A DNA stretch of 63,769 nt, filler included, from Hyphochytrium catenoides (Eukaryota > Protista > Hyphochytriomycota): assembly GCA_900088475.1 (NCBI GenBank). It is 16 parts of 16 records of this genome, joined end to end, with 100 filler letters (N's around TTAATTAATTAA, not from the genome) between each part and the next. Parts side by side here need not be neighbours in the genome. Positions count along the whole stretch, not along the records: positions 40,973 to 50,794 come from FLMG01000701.1; positions 50,895 to 52,837 come from FLMG01004143.1; positions 52,938 to 54,024 come from FLMG01001395.1; positions 54,125 to 55,773 come from FLMG01004658.1; positions 55,874 to 61,818 come from FLMG01003837.1; 11 more parts are not named here. One strand, 5' to 3'. The notes under the pieces were generated by a model, which was given only the letters and a program-made list of their open reading frames with translations, did not search any database and was not told the DNA's origin. Both the position numbers and the translations under genes were made by a program. Shown in pieces: positions 47,601 to 59,736 of the stretch. How positions within the stretch are numbered: position 1 is the first letter of the stretch; each line of letters opens with the position of its first letter.

Positions 47601-50187
47601 TGGGGTACAGAGGTCTTTAGCTCAACAAGAAACGCAACTCCAGTAGATGCATGCGTTCTCTCTAAACGGGCTCTTAGATAACTGGAGAGGTGGTCCAGAT
47701 CCAAGTCGGATGACGCGACGCCCAGAAAGGTGTTTGGAGGGCGAATAATGGGTACACCAAACGTGATCGCCACCTTAGGCAAGGAAGTGGAGTTATACAT
47801 TGGCGACCAAAGGGGAGCCCCTAGCGGCCGCCTGCTTGTCCTTCTTTGGCTCATTGGCAGTTGAGCTGGTAGGGGTGAGTTGAGCTCTCTTACCCCGATA
47901 TCTAGAGCCAAGAAGTTGGTCAGTACCAGGAGTAATGCTCTAGGTGATGATGCTTGTAAGGCAACGTACACCACGCCCTGCCTTGAACGTTATAGTCCGT
48001 GATGTTGCTTATCGGTCCCTGAGGATCGCAGGTGGTTTGCTCAGCCCGGAGCTGTGATACAGCCAAAGGTACCAGATTATTAGAAAGCGCGATTAGGGTT
48101 GTGATTTGTAAAACAAACCTTCTTCTTCTTAGATCATAGGGTCAACACGCAAACGAGAGAGGGTCAACACGCAAACGAGAGCTGCTCACATCTCACCTGA
48201 CAACGTTGATAGTACCATGCTTGCTCCTTACAACCAGGGGTTGACACATCGTAATTAACGCCACGGTATTTGTCAGGAATATTGCAATAGCTGGCGGCTG
48301 TGCAGGGCGAATAGTCGTAATATTGTTGCGTGAGGAACGCATAGTGACATTGATAATAAGGGTTCTCTTTGACGTACACCTGGGGTCTTTATCATAGATA
48401 GGTAGGGACATGAAGTAGTCTGGGGCAGAACCATTGTGCTCTTTCACAAACGGGGTTTCGCTCACGTTGGCTGAGACACCAAAGAAGGTGCCATCTGGAA
48501 ACGCACCAGGGACCACCAAGGCAATGAATGAGTAGTGCTTACCGCAGTTAGTGATGACATAACGGAGAAGAAGGGAACGAGGCGGTAACAAGAGGCTTCC
48601 GATGTCATTGATACACCACCTGCATCAAAGCCTATTCCGATGGAGAAAGCCACGTCCTCAGATTCCTCTTTCTTTAGCCGTAAAAACTCCAAGTAGGGGC
48701 TGAGCAGAGTGGTGATAGAGGCCGCTGGCGTCAACCAGGAGTACTCGCTGACTAGTGGAACGGTTGCCAGCCCAGCCAGAATGCCCTGCCACAAGTTTGT
48801 TCATTTAGTCAGCGTTAAAATACCATTGGTCGTCTGCGCCATACGCCGTTCAAAGTGAATAACTTACATCACGCAGCGAATAGGCTGGAAGCGTTGTCTT
48901 GATAATGTAGTCGCTCACGTTATGGTGCATCTCGTCTATCAGCGCGCTCCGAATGTCCTGAAATGTCTCCTGAAGCATGTTGATATTCTCAATGGCGAAC
49001 TCTGTCAAGACCTCCGTGGTTCTGTGCTGATAGGTGTAGACAGAGGTGAGAAGGGCCATAGAGGAGAGCGACAGCGTCACAGCGACGCTAGCGATGACGC
49101 ATCATAAGTGGGGAACCGGACGAACCACCCATGAGTGGTGCGGATGATAGACGATGCGATTTGATATAAGTCATTCGGGCGTACGGTTCAATGAATTAAC
49201 AACTGCCTCACCTGGCGAGTTCATCTGGTCTCCGAAGTAGCAGAGGCGAGCAACCAGAGAGAAGAGCGGCGCCCAACGCAACCGATCAGCCATAGAAGGA
49301 AAATCTTAGGTAAGAAGGAGATTGCCGATATTTAAAGAAAGGCTTGCGACAGGATCTTACGGAAGGCAAAGAGCCAAAACATTCCTAGAAGTGCACCGAT
49401 CCTCCAAGTCCTCCACCACTGCGTAAAGCCGACGGTGTTCGCCCTGCTGCTCTTCTCCTTCTTGTCTTGGTCTTCATCTTGTCGTCTGGCAGACGAAGAA
49501 CTCGGTCCTGCTTTAACAGAAGCCTTGCCGAGCTCTCCTTTGGCAGGGAGGTGGTCGTGGCCACTGTTCGGTTATTGGCAACCTGCTTCTTCTCGCCAAT
49601 ATTTGCCCTCCTTGTCATAGTAGCTGCCAGTATCCTTTATGATAGGTACTGTCACGTCGCCTTTAAAAGAGAGATAAGGACCCAGGAGTGTTGCTGGCTT
49701 CGAGTGAGAATGGCCTGGAGTAAGCGGTGGGTGCGGAGAGGCAGGATTGCACCTTCCTCTATTACTTCTTCCCCTCAGTACGCGGCGCACAATCTCCCAA
49801 ACTCGCTTTCCTAGGTTGCCATCTCCCGCGGTTCTGGCCTGAGAAGTTGCGAAGGCGTTTGGTCCAGCATGATCTGTCTCTTCTGAAACAAAGGAAAGAC
49901 ACGACTGAACTTCTTCCAAGCCAAGGTTTCCATATCTGACACCGGCGTATGAAGGCCTCGAGGGTGTCGTGGAGTCAACAAAAACAACCGCAGTGGAACT
50001 TTCTCCTCCCCCTACTACTAATGGGGAAGGAAGTCGTAGATCGTTCCGCTCTGCACCAAGAACATGGTAAAGAAGAGGAGACTAATGATGAACATAAGCA
50101 CTTCTTATAGTAGACAAATCAGCGCTTACCATCTTCTTGCTCCTTTGCATCAAAGCGACTACCGCTGGGTGTTGCTTTTTTGTCCAT
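44630..50187 (-). CDS. Membrane class III nucleotidyl cyclase: TM, Cache-like sensor, TM, HAMP, cyclase, C-terminal helical tail; many exons, 5' end uncertain (49293-50187)
   Basis: WSPMY...ITFGVPI...FLGVASSDLDL (Cache); KPMKRLSRDMLEVARL...SRIREMDDM (HAMP); FARFVPETVV; ITVLFSDIKNFTTISE; GTIGDFIGDGIMVFWN; RIGINTGEALTGNIGS; KFGVVGDTVNTASRVE; VRVKGR; PPPDDWDGVTIFHEK stop at 44632-44630. Confidence 0.92.
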
Positions 50188-51740
50188 AAGAGTAGTAAAT
50201 CACTCTGTCCCATCCACCCAGTCAACAATCGACGAAAGCAAAAGACAGGCCCGCCACAGAGCTGTCCTATGACTTATTCAAAGGTCACTCAACAATCGGC
50301 GGATGGTGAAGACGCTATTAACTTGGCTAAGATGAAGGTAGTAGGTATTCAATGCAATATAATGAAGGTGGACTGGTAGACGGAGGAAGCGAAGAGGATG
50401 AAGGGAAGACGATGAACTTTGAACACTTAACCGGCCATTCGCTTCAACGTGAATCTGGCATGCAGCCATTTATTGAGGAGATTCGTCGATAGTCTTATAA
50501 TCTTAGATAAAGCACTAGTTGCTCATCTGAATAGCCTCCGCCTGACACATCCTCTGGCGCGGACGAAGAGGATGATAAGAGCGGCGCTCGGCTGCTGCTG
50601 ATTACTGAAGAGCCGCCTTGTTCGTCTTCCTCCTCCTGCGCTGCGTCTCGGCTGGAAGGGAGAGAAGAGTGCGAAGCAAAGTGCGAAGTGCTGTGCCGTT
50701 TGGTGAGTGGAGCGTCGCGCATCACATTGAAGTCACTACTACCGGCTTTAATACTTCTTTTTTAGATATTTATTATCTTTATAAAATAGTCATTNNNNNN
50801 NNNNNNNNNNNNNNNNNNNNNNNNNNNNNNNNNNNNNNTTAATTAATTAANNNNNNNNNNNNNNNNNNNNNNNNNNNNNNNNNNNNNNNNNNNNTTCTCT
50901 CTCTCTCTCTCTCCCTCTCTCTTTCTTCCCATCGGACTGCTACCACCTTCTGTGGTCCTTCTCTTCCGCAAAAAGAAACCCAAGCCACCTAACAGGAAAA
51001 TTATCGAAGAAAAGAGAGCGAAAGGTCTTTAGTGGACTAAAGAGGGAAAAAAGCCGATTGTGAGCTTGTATAGAAAGGAGGATGGAGCGGGAACCCTGAA
51101 GAGGGTTGAGAGGAGAGGAAAGAAGAGAAGAAGAAGGAAGCCTTCCCTTCCGTTGCAAGCCCTCATCCTTACCGTTATCCTTCGCCGATGCCGACGTATC
51201 ACTCTTCTCAGCTACCTCTTCCCACAAGAGTAAGGACCGGTAAACAATGCATGAATGACTCTGCTGGACATGAGACTCAACGAGCAGATCCTCCTCTAGC
51301 TCGTCATCTCATCACCGTAACACCTTTCGCTTACCCAGCTTCATCTCCCTCTTCCTCGCTTTCATCCCATATTGTCTCCTCCTCTTCGTCATCTCCTCCT
51401 ATCGCTCTTTATCTCGCTGTTCCTTTCTTGCAAGTCTGTCATGGCCCAACTACGTCATCGACACTCATCCGGGCCGCAGCTACAAGCACGAAGAGATTGA
51501 CGTGTTTTCTGGAAGGACCTCTTCCTCGTCCCACACCGCAGAAAAGGCCCCATTTGACTCTGTTGGTGTCACTCGCCAAGCGTTGAAATCGCCGAGACTG
51601 CCTGTTACCTGTTGAAATCCTCATCTCCTCTCGTCTTTCTTCCCTGCGGTCAGTCGCCGAGCTGCAGTAGAGGGTACATATCGGCTATAGTTTGCCAGTC
51701 AACCCACGAAGGCTCCGCTGTTTGCCTGGCTTTTAAAACA

Positions 51741-52837
51741 ATGACTGATAGCAGCAGACAGGCACTTGAGCAGTTCTGCTTCGTCTGGTTCATCTGCACT
51801 CTTATTGCCAGTGTCGCTGTGTCCACGCTCTTCTATCTTCGACGACACATCTATCCGATCCGCGCCGTGCCCGTCATCTGGCCCATTCTCACCCACTTGA
51901 GCGTCCCTCTCGCTGTCTACTCCTATCTCTTCATGCTGCTCCAGAGACCTCTGGGGACCGGCTGCTATGGCTTTAACGCTTACATCTTGCCGGTGATGCA
52001 ATATGTTCCCGCTCTTCCTCCCTTTGAAGCCCAGCTGGTGCACCTCTGGTACACCTACCAGACCCAAACCGCTCAGCTATTGGCGCCGTCTCTTAGCTCC
52101 AGGAAGGATTCTTCCGTCACTGCGATAGCCGGGAAGAAGAAAGAAAAGACAAGAGACAAGAAGAGGCGCCCAGCGTGGTTCTACTATGTCAGCGTCTGCA
52201 CATTCACCTGTCTGATCGTGAGCCAGACGCTCATCACGACGATTGTCGACCATGTCGCTGACAATTACGATGAGCGGACGTGTGAAGGCAACACTCCTGT
52301 CGCTGTGAGTCTCCGCTTATTACCCCTTCTCCTATCACGACTCTGTTTCTTTCTTCTTCTCTTCTCTCCTTTTGTCAGCTTCGGCTGCTGTTGGCGTTTG
52401 AGTTAGTCCTTCTCTCTTTCTAGTCTCAAATCTTCTATAGCAATCTGCTCGTCTTTCTGTCCACCGTCAATAGCTCAGCTTGCCAATCGTTATCGATTCT
52501 ATACAAGAAGCTGACATTCTACAGTCGACTCTTCTGCAGCGAGGCGCGTTACCTGCTGCAACGTTGATCCCTTTATTACTTGTTAAGGCTGCTCCTTCTA
52601 TATTGCTGACTGTCTCTCCCTTCCCTAACCTGATGGTGCTTCTTGCAGAAATATAGCCAGCTGGCTTCTGCTTCCTTTGTCATCACGCTCAGCCTCACCT
52701 TGGCCTACCAGCTTAGAGACGTGGAAGAAGAGTTCAATCTGAAGAAGCAGCTGAAGATCCTAACCTTGCTAGCCCTAACTCTTGCTGTTCCTCTGCGTGC
52801 CGTCAACCTCTTCATCGTCAATGCTCTCACTCTGGAC
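51741..52837 (+). CDS. Multi-pass membrane protein resembling the 7TM region of 7TM-RGS proteins (partial)
   Basis: TM1 followed by YLRRHIYPIRA, several hydrophobic helices, and AYQLRDVEEEFNLKKQLK. This pattern recalls 7TM-RGS proteins. No RGS box is visible before the contig ends. Confidence 0.5.
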
Positions 52838-54329
52838 NNNNNNNNNNNNNNNNNNNNNNNNNNNNNNNNNNNNNNNNNNNNTTAATTAATTAANNNNNNN
52901 NNNNNNNNNNNNNNNNNNNNNNNNNNNNNNNNNNNNNCCTGGCTTCACTAGAGTACATTGAGCCCCTACGGCCTGCTATTCAAAATTTGAGATTCAGATT
53001 CCGGACGATGGACGTGGAGGCGGAGCTTCGGCCACTGGTGAAGCGCTGTCAGGAGGAAGTACACAGTTTCTCTCCGTCGAGGGTGATGGGCGCCATAGGT
53101 GAGAGACGAGCCTAACTCTGTCTCTATCTCCCTGATGCTAGCATTTTTATCTGTCCCCGCTTCTTCCAGCTTTATACTCTGTCTATGCGGGCTTTCCTCG
53201 CGTTCTGTCTCCCTTTCTCTTCTTACCTCTTCTTATCTTCGTCTCTATGTCTCCCCATCAATCTCTTTCTCTTTTGCTTTGCGCGCTGCATAGCTTTGCT
53301 CTGATCCCTCCGCTGTACTAACTAAAGGGTGTAGTCGAACTTCAAGCTTGAAAACGTTTCTCACTTTCTCTCTCATGCTTCAGGCAGAAGTCTTCGCGGC
53401 TGCCCTGGCGTCTGCGCGTTTTTGCTTCTCCTCGCCCTTGACGGCCCTCCTGCTCTGCTTGCATTGCCTTTCGTGGCAGCAGATTATCAAGAGATAAAGA
53501 GGCTTGTTCCTCTTTGGAATGACGTCCTCTCTTCTTCTTCTCCTCCTTCCTCCTCTTCCTCGTGCCCGGCTCCTTCAAAAGAAGAGAGAGACGGATTCGA
53601 CCTTCTTCTTTTCGAATCTCCTCTGCTCATCCTCTGGCAGAACACAAAGTCTCTTCTTTATGCACTGGACTGCGCTGTCTCTCTCACACAGTTCACACAG
53701 ACAGCGACTAACCTGGCTTCCGCTGCCTTAAGGGCAAGGTAAGAAGGGGAAAGAGTTTGAGCCAAGGGAGAGAAGCGAGAAGAGACAGGATAAGGAGAGA
53801 GAAGCCCCAAGAATGTTCCAGCAGTAAAAAATCAAAAGGGGAGGATGGAGAAGAATAGGAATAGTAGCAAATGACCTGGATATCAGAGCAGCTCACCGAG
53901 AAGAGAGAGAACACAAAGCCCTCAGAATAATAGAGAGAGAACCGAGAGAGAGCTTCACAGGGAGTGAGAAATGCGACACGAAGCTGTTGTCTGAACTGCA
54001 TGACCTTTGACAGGCGAGTGATTCNNNNNNNNNNNNNNNNNNNNNNNNNNNNNNNNNNNNNNNNNNNNTTAATTAATTAANNNNNNNNNNNNNNNNNNNN
54101 NNNNNNNNNNNNNNNNNNNNNNNNGAGAGAGAGAGAGAGAGAGAGAGAGAAGGAGAAAAGGAAGCGAAAGCACTGTATACATTGTGGAATAGGTCGAGAG
54201 CCAGAGAACAAGAGAGAAAGAGGGGACCAAGAAGGACTTGGACGAGAAGGTGAAGAGATGGAGACACCCAGAGTGAGGGAGAGCGAAAAGGAAGAGAGGA
54301 AGGAAGAGATACGGGGGAGACATATCTTA

Positions 54330-55281
54330 CCCAGTCAGTGGAGAGAAAGAGAGACGCTTCTTCCCATACATCCGGGGAGCTGTTTCTCTGAAGTACGGGA
54401 GCCATACATACTGGAGAAAGTAGAGAGAGAAAGCTGAGAGCCATCTCCATAGCTATCAAAGGAGAGAAGACACTAGGAGAGGAAGAGAGAGAGGCCATCG
54501 CGATGGTGGCAAGCCAGAGGGAAGAGAAGAAGAGAAAGAGACCGTCCCACCGTCGACTGGAGAAGAATTTCAGCGCTGCCAGCTCGACGACGACTTTTCT
54601 TGGAAGATTATGACGGGGATAGTGGCCCATAACGTAGAGATATGTCTTTCGAGAGTAAATCCTTAGAGTGAAGCTGTCGTCCTCTAAGATTCCTGCCAAG
54701 CGCCTGAGTCGCGCGTCACTGAAGCGAAAGAGAGAGACGAGACATCTCTTCTTTTGCTCTTTCTCTCTCTTCTCCTCCTCCATTTGATCCTGCGGGGAGT
54801 GAGAGAGAGGCGCTTGTGACTGGATGAGCTCGAGAGGAAGACATATCTCGTCCTCTTCTTCATTGCCGCTGAAAGCACCGACAGGGGACTCACCCGCCGC
54901 GGGAGAAAGAGCCACCGTTGGCGCAAACTCATTCTTTATCTCTCTTTTCAATGAGGGAAGAAGCTCCTGCGGAGGAGAGAAATAGCTTTCTCTCTCTTGC
55001 TGCAGGGCCACCACGTCTCGCAGCAGCTCAGATCTCAACCGGTCTGCCTCATCTTTCACGGTGCTTGTCTTTCCCGAAGAAGAAGAAGGAGGTGAGGCAA
55101 TCCCTGTCTTCTCTTCTCTAGGGACAACCACGCTGCCTGCCTTTCCTTCATTGGAAAACGAAGAAGAGAGAGAGACCTCAGGTGCCTTGAGTTCTTTGCT
55201 AGACCGTCTCTTCTCCTCCTCGTCCTCGTCTCCTGGGCCATCTTCTACTGGCCCAACCTTTGCTGCTGAGAGGAGCTTCAT
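54330..55281 (-). CDS. First exon of a hypothetical protein (acidic disordered N-terminus, hydrophobic C-terminal part)
   Basis: About 317 codons open from ATG to a GTAAG donor near 54329; no recognisable domain. Confidence 0.5.
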
Positions 55282-55927
55282 CTTCTCTTCTTCATTTCTC
55301 TACCACTTCCTCCAGCTTTCCTTTGGGCCCAGGAGGGAGACAAAGATTTGACGAGACCACTGGCCAAAGCGAGACGAATTAAGGACATCCAAGTGCCGAG
55401 AGATCGTGGAAGAGTCGAGCGGAAAAAAGAGAAAGAGAGAGAGAGAGAGAGTTCTATGAATGCAGACGGAGGTCAATGCATCTTTATGATGACAGGAAGA
55501 GAGGACAGACAGAGGAAGGGAAGTGAGAGAGACAGCCTAGCGTCATTTCCAAGACAAAGGCAGAGCATTAAGAGGATGCAGAAAAAGCGAAGAGAAAAAG
55601 AGTGAAAAGAGAGAGAGAGGAAGAAGGGAACGGAAGAGAGAGAGAGACTGAATGAGAGCGAGAGCCGAGACACAGAGAGCGAGACAAAAAGAGCGAGAGC
55701 GAGAGACCGAGACGGAGAGAGCGAGCGAGCGAGCGAGAGGAGAGAAAGCGCGCGCGCGCGAGAGAGAGAGAGANNNNNNNNNNNNNNNNNNNNNNNNNNN
55801 NNNNNNNNNNNNNNNNNTTAATTAATTAANNNNNNNNNNNNNNNNNNNNNNNNNNNNNNNNNNNNNNNNNNNNTGTATTTGTGTACACAAATACAAATAA
55901 AACTTGTCCAACCTGTGTAAACTTTAC

Positions 55928-56577
55928 AGAGCTGGGTGGTGGCAATGCCTGAAGCTTCTGTAGTATGAGCACAATCTAGATGAAACGATAACAAAGGGAC
56001 TGGGTATTGATCTATGATTGAGATTTCTTTTGAATGAATGCTGAGTCCTGAGAGTCTAGTCTGGAGATCTTTGCTCGGCCCATATTCCCTCATCATCTCT
56101 CTCTCCTCTGCTGTTCCTGTGTTCTTCTAGAAATCTCTCTCACATCCCTCTTTCCCATAACACAGGTGTACCCGTAACGTCTATGTCCCTGAGAGCTAGG
56201 GGTGTTATAGAGAGAGTGACTACTGTACTACTGACAACGAACGTTGTAGCACTCAACAAGAGCTGGGTGGCAATGCCTGAAGCTTCTGTATGAGCCCAAT
56301 CTAGATGAAACGATAACAAAGGGACTAGGTATTAGTATCTGATTGAGATTTCTCTGAATGATTGCTGAGTCCTGAGAGTCTGGTCTCGAAATCTTTGCTC
56401 GGCCCAGCATTCCTCATCATCTCTCTCTCCTGTGCTGTTCCTGTGTTCTTCTGGAAATTCTTCTCACATCCCTCTTTCCCATAACACAGGTGTATATCCG
56501 TAACGTCTATGTCCCTGAGAGCTAGGTGTGTACAGAGTGACTAGTACTACTAACAACGAACATTGTAGCACTCAACA
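55928..56577 (-). repeat. Two tandem ~320-bp LTR-like units starting TGTTGAGTGCTACAA on the minus strand; third partial copy at 58276-58546
   Basis: Near-identical units at 55928-56258 and 56259-56577 with TGTTG starts; they abut a truncated copia RT. Confidence 0.7.
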
Positions 56578-57279
56578 TTGTAGTCTTGGACTCTGATTGA
56601 TGTCTGGAGTTGCTTCTCCTCCTAGACATAAGAAGTGGTCTGCAGTCCCTTTCAGATATCTCAGTATCCGCTTCACAGCGGTCCAGTGAGTCTGTCTATA
56701 GTTAGTCATATGCTGGCTAACCGATTGTACCCCGAAGGCTATATCGGGCCTGGAGGCTACCATCAGATGCATAAGACTGCCAACAGCATTCCTGTACGGT
56801 ATCTTGAGTAAATATTGTTCCTCTTCAGAAGTCAGTGTGGAGAGAGAGTCTGCCTTGGGTAGCTTTTCACCAGGAGTAACAGGGGTGCTGACTGGGTTAC
56901 AATCTCCCATGCCATAGCGCTTCAGAAGGTCTTGAATAAATCTTCGTTGGCGGAGGTAAATCTTCCGATTGTCTCGACTCCTAGGAAGTATTGGAGTTCT
57001 CCTAAGTCTTTCACATCAAATCTGTCCTTTCGAAGTCCTTTGACTTGATCCGCACGATTGTTGCTTGGCGCGAAGATCAGCAGGTCATCTACGAAAGTCG
57101 ACAGGATGGTCGGCTTGCCATCCTCCCCGGACCTGTTGATGTAGACGCAAGGTTTACACAAGCTGGGTCCAAATCCGTTGTCGCGAAGATAACTGTCTTA
57201 TACTTTGTTCCATTGGCGAGGACCTTTTCTGAGCCCATATATGCTGCGCTTTAGCTTACAAACCAGATGTCCTGTCCTG
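56578..57279 (-). mobile_element. Ty1/copia reverse transcriptase fragment, copy 1 (stops and frameshifts)
   Basis: LVCKL...IYGL, FVDDLLI, KDLGELQYFLGVE, MGDCNPVSTP, PYRNAVGSLMHL, SRPDIAF, HWTAVKRILRYLKGT. Confidence 0.9.
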
Positions 57280-58546
57280 CTGTCCTATCACGTTGTCTGG
57301 TTCTTCTGCAGAGTAACTGTGTCTCGTATAGACTACTAGACCAAGTTACTACTTCTTGACGTCATATGATGACTTACCTGATGATAATTGCGAGCCCGAA
57401 GGGTGAGCCTCAATTTCAACCCACACAGGCTTCAGCACAAATGGACTTTTTCGTGTTGTCTGTGTGTCTGGTGTGTGTGTTTGTGATCAAAATTTCACTA
57501 TTTATATTTTCATTAATCACTGTTTAGGTATTCTTTGGGTTGGCTCTTTGTGTACTTTGGTGATATGAAAGGGGTCAGAGAAAAAGCGAAAGGGTTTTTA
57601 TGAACATAACTCGAATTTGTAGCGCGAGGCGTATCACCATAACCCGAGACACATCGCATGCGTCCACGCGAATGTTATACCTGTACCCTCATTTTACCTG
57701 AGACGCATTACCTACAGTCCTGTATTTTTAGCTGTAGGAGCTGAGGGTGGAGGTGACAGGTCACGCGACTCCTGCAGCAGTCAAGAGTTGAGAAAGTTTC
57801 GCCACTCACTCACTCACTCACTCACTCACTCACTACTCTGCTGTAGGAAGCGTGGGTGAACGAGTGCGGAGATCCTTAAAGAAGTCTACCTAGGAAATAC
57901 AGATAGAACTAGTTCTCAGTTCTAGTTCTTCTACATGTAGAAGGAATGAAGAGTTCTTGGTGTTATTATTTGTACAACTATTTCAGTGATCCAAGCATCT
58001 TCCACTAATAATACAGCCGAAGGCTGTATTACGCACTAGGAACGTCGGGGAGCCCTAGGCGAAGCCTAAAGCTCTTGATAACCTACTTATATAACTCTGA
58101 AACACTTTGTTTTGTGCCTTCTTCCTCTCCTCAGATAGAGTCTGGAACTGTGGGCCTTTTAGAGATTTTGTCAGCTTCTGCTCTTAACAGAGCTTTTGTC
58201 AGCTTCTGCTCTCAACACCTCCCCGCAGGTCCAGACTTCCTGAGTGTCCGTCGGTCTCCCCCTCCCCCTCCCCTCAAACGATAACAAAGGGACTGGGTAT
58301 CAGTATCTGATTGAGATTTCTCTGAATGATTGCTGAGTCCTGAGAGTCTGGTCTCGAAATCTTTGCTCGGCCCAGCATTCCTCATCATCTCTCTCTCCTG
58401 TGCTGTTCCTGTGTTCTTCTGGAAATTCTTCTCGCATCCCTTTTCTCCCATAACACAGGTGTATCCGTAACGTCTATGTCCCTGAGAGCTAGGTGTGTAC
58501 AGAGTGACTACTGTACTACTGACAACGAACATTGTAGCACTCACCA

Positions 58547-59285
58547 TTGTAGTCTTGGACTCTGATTGATGTCTGGGGTTGCTTCTCCTCCTAGACATAA
58601 GAAGTGGTCTGCAGTCCCTTTCAGATATCTCAGTATCCGCTTCACAGCGGTCCAGTGAGTCTGTCTATAGTTAGTCATATGCTGGCTAACCGATTGTACC
58701 CCGAAGGCTATATCGGCCCTGGAGGCTACCATCAGATGCATAAGACTGCCAACAGCATTCCTGTACGGTATCTTGAGTAAATATTGTTCCTCGTCAGAAG
58801 TCAGTGTGGAGAGAGAGTCTGCCTTGGGTAGCTTTTCACCGGGGGTAACAGGCGTGCTGATTGGGTTACAATCTCCCATGCCATAGCGCTTCAGAAGGTC
58901 TTGAATAATCTTCGTTGGCGGAGGTAAATCTTCCGATTGTCTCGACTCCTAGGAAGTATTGGAGTTCTCCTAAGTCTTTCACATCAAATCTGTCCTTTCA
59001 AAGTCCTTTAACTTGATCCGCACGATTGTTGCTTGGCGCGAAGATCAGCAGGTCATCTACGAAAGTCGACAGGATGGTCGGCTTGCCATCCTCCCCGGAC
59101 CTGTTAATGTAGACGCAAGGTTTACACAAGCTGGGGTCAAATCCGTTGTCGCGAAGATAACTGTCTTATACTTTGTTCCATTGGCGAGGACTTTGTTTGA
59201 GCCCATATATGCTGCACTTTAGCTTACAAACCAGATGTTCCTGTCCTGGTTGAGCGAATCCCGGGGGTTGGCGCATGTATATGTG
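58547..59285 (-). mobile_element. Ty1/copia reverse transcriptase fragment, copy 2
   Basis: [36 protein letters not shown] through RILRYLKGT; near-identical to copy 1. Confidence 0.9.
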
Positions 59286-59736
59286 TGTATGTGTACTGGA
59301 ATTTACTGCTTACGTTCGGACTCTGCACTAACTGGAAGTCTCTCGCGCACTGTCTCTGCACTAGACCGTACTGGTCTTCTGCGTTAGACTTTGCAGATGG
59401 AGGTTCTAATGGCGCTCTGAACTTCTCACTGGACACAAGGACCGAAGCTCTTGAAAGCCTTTCTTACTTCGTGTCTCTTCTGAGGTCTTTCTCTCTCACT
59501 CCCTTCTACTTCTATCTTCTTCGCATGTGTTGCTCTTTCATCGTAGAACTTGGATATAGGAAGTAGTTCAGTATTAAGTTAGCGACTTGCGTAGTTTAGC
59601 TAGTTAGCTCTAGAAAGAAGAATCACTAGACAAGAGCTTGATGAGCACTTGGTCACTTTGATCAAACCAATTCATTCATCAATCTCCTACGAAGAGCACA
59701 AGTCCAACACTACCTCTCAACGAGCACTCAGCTAAA

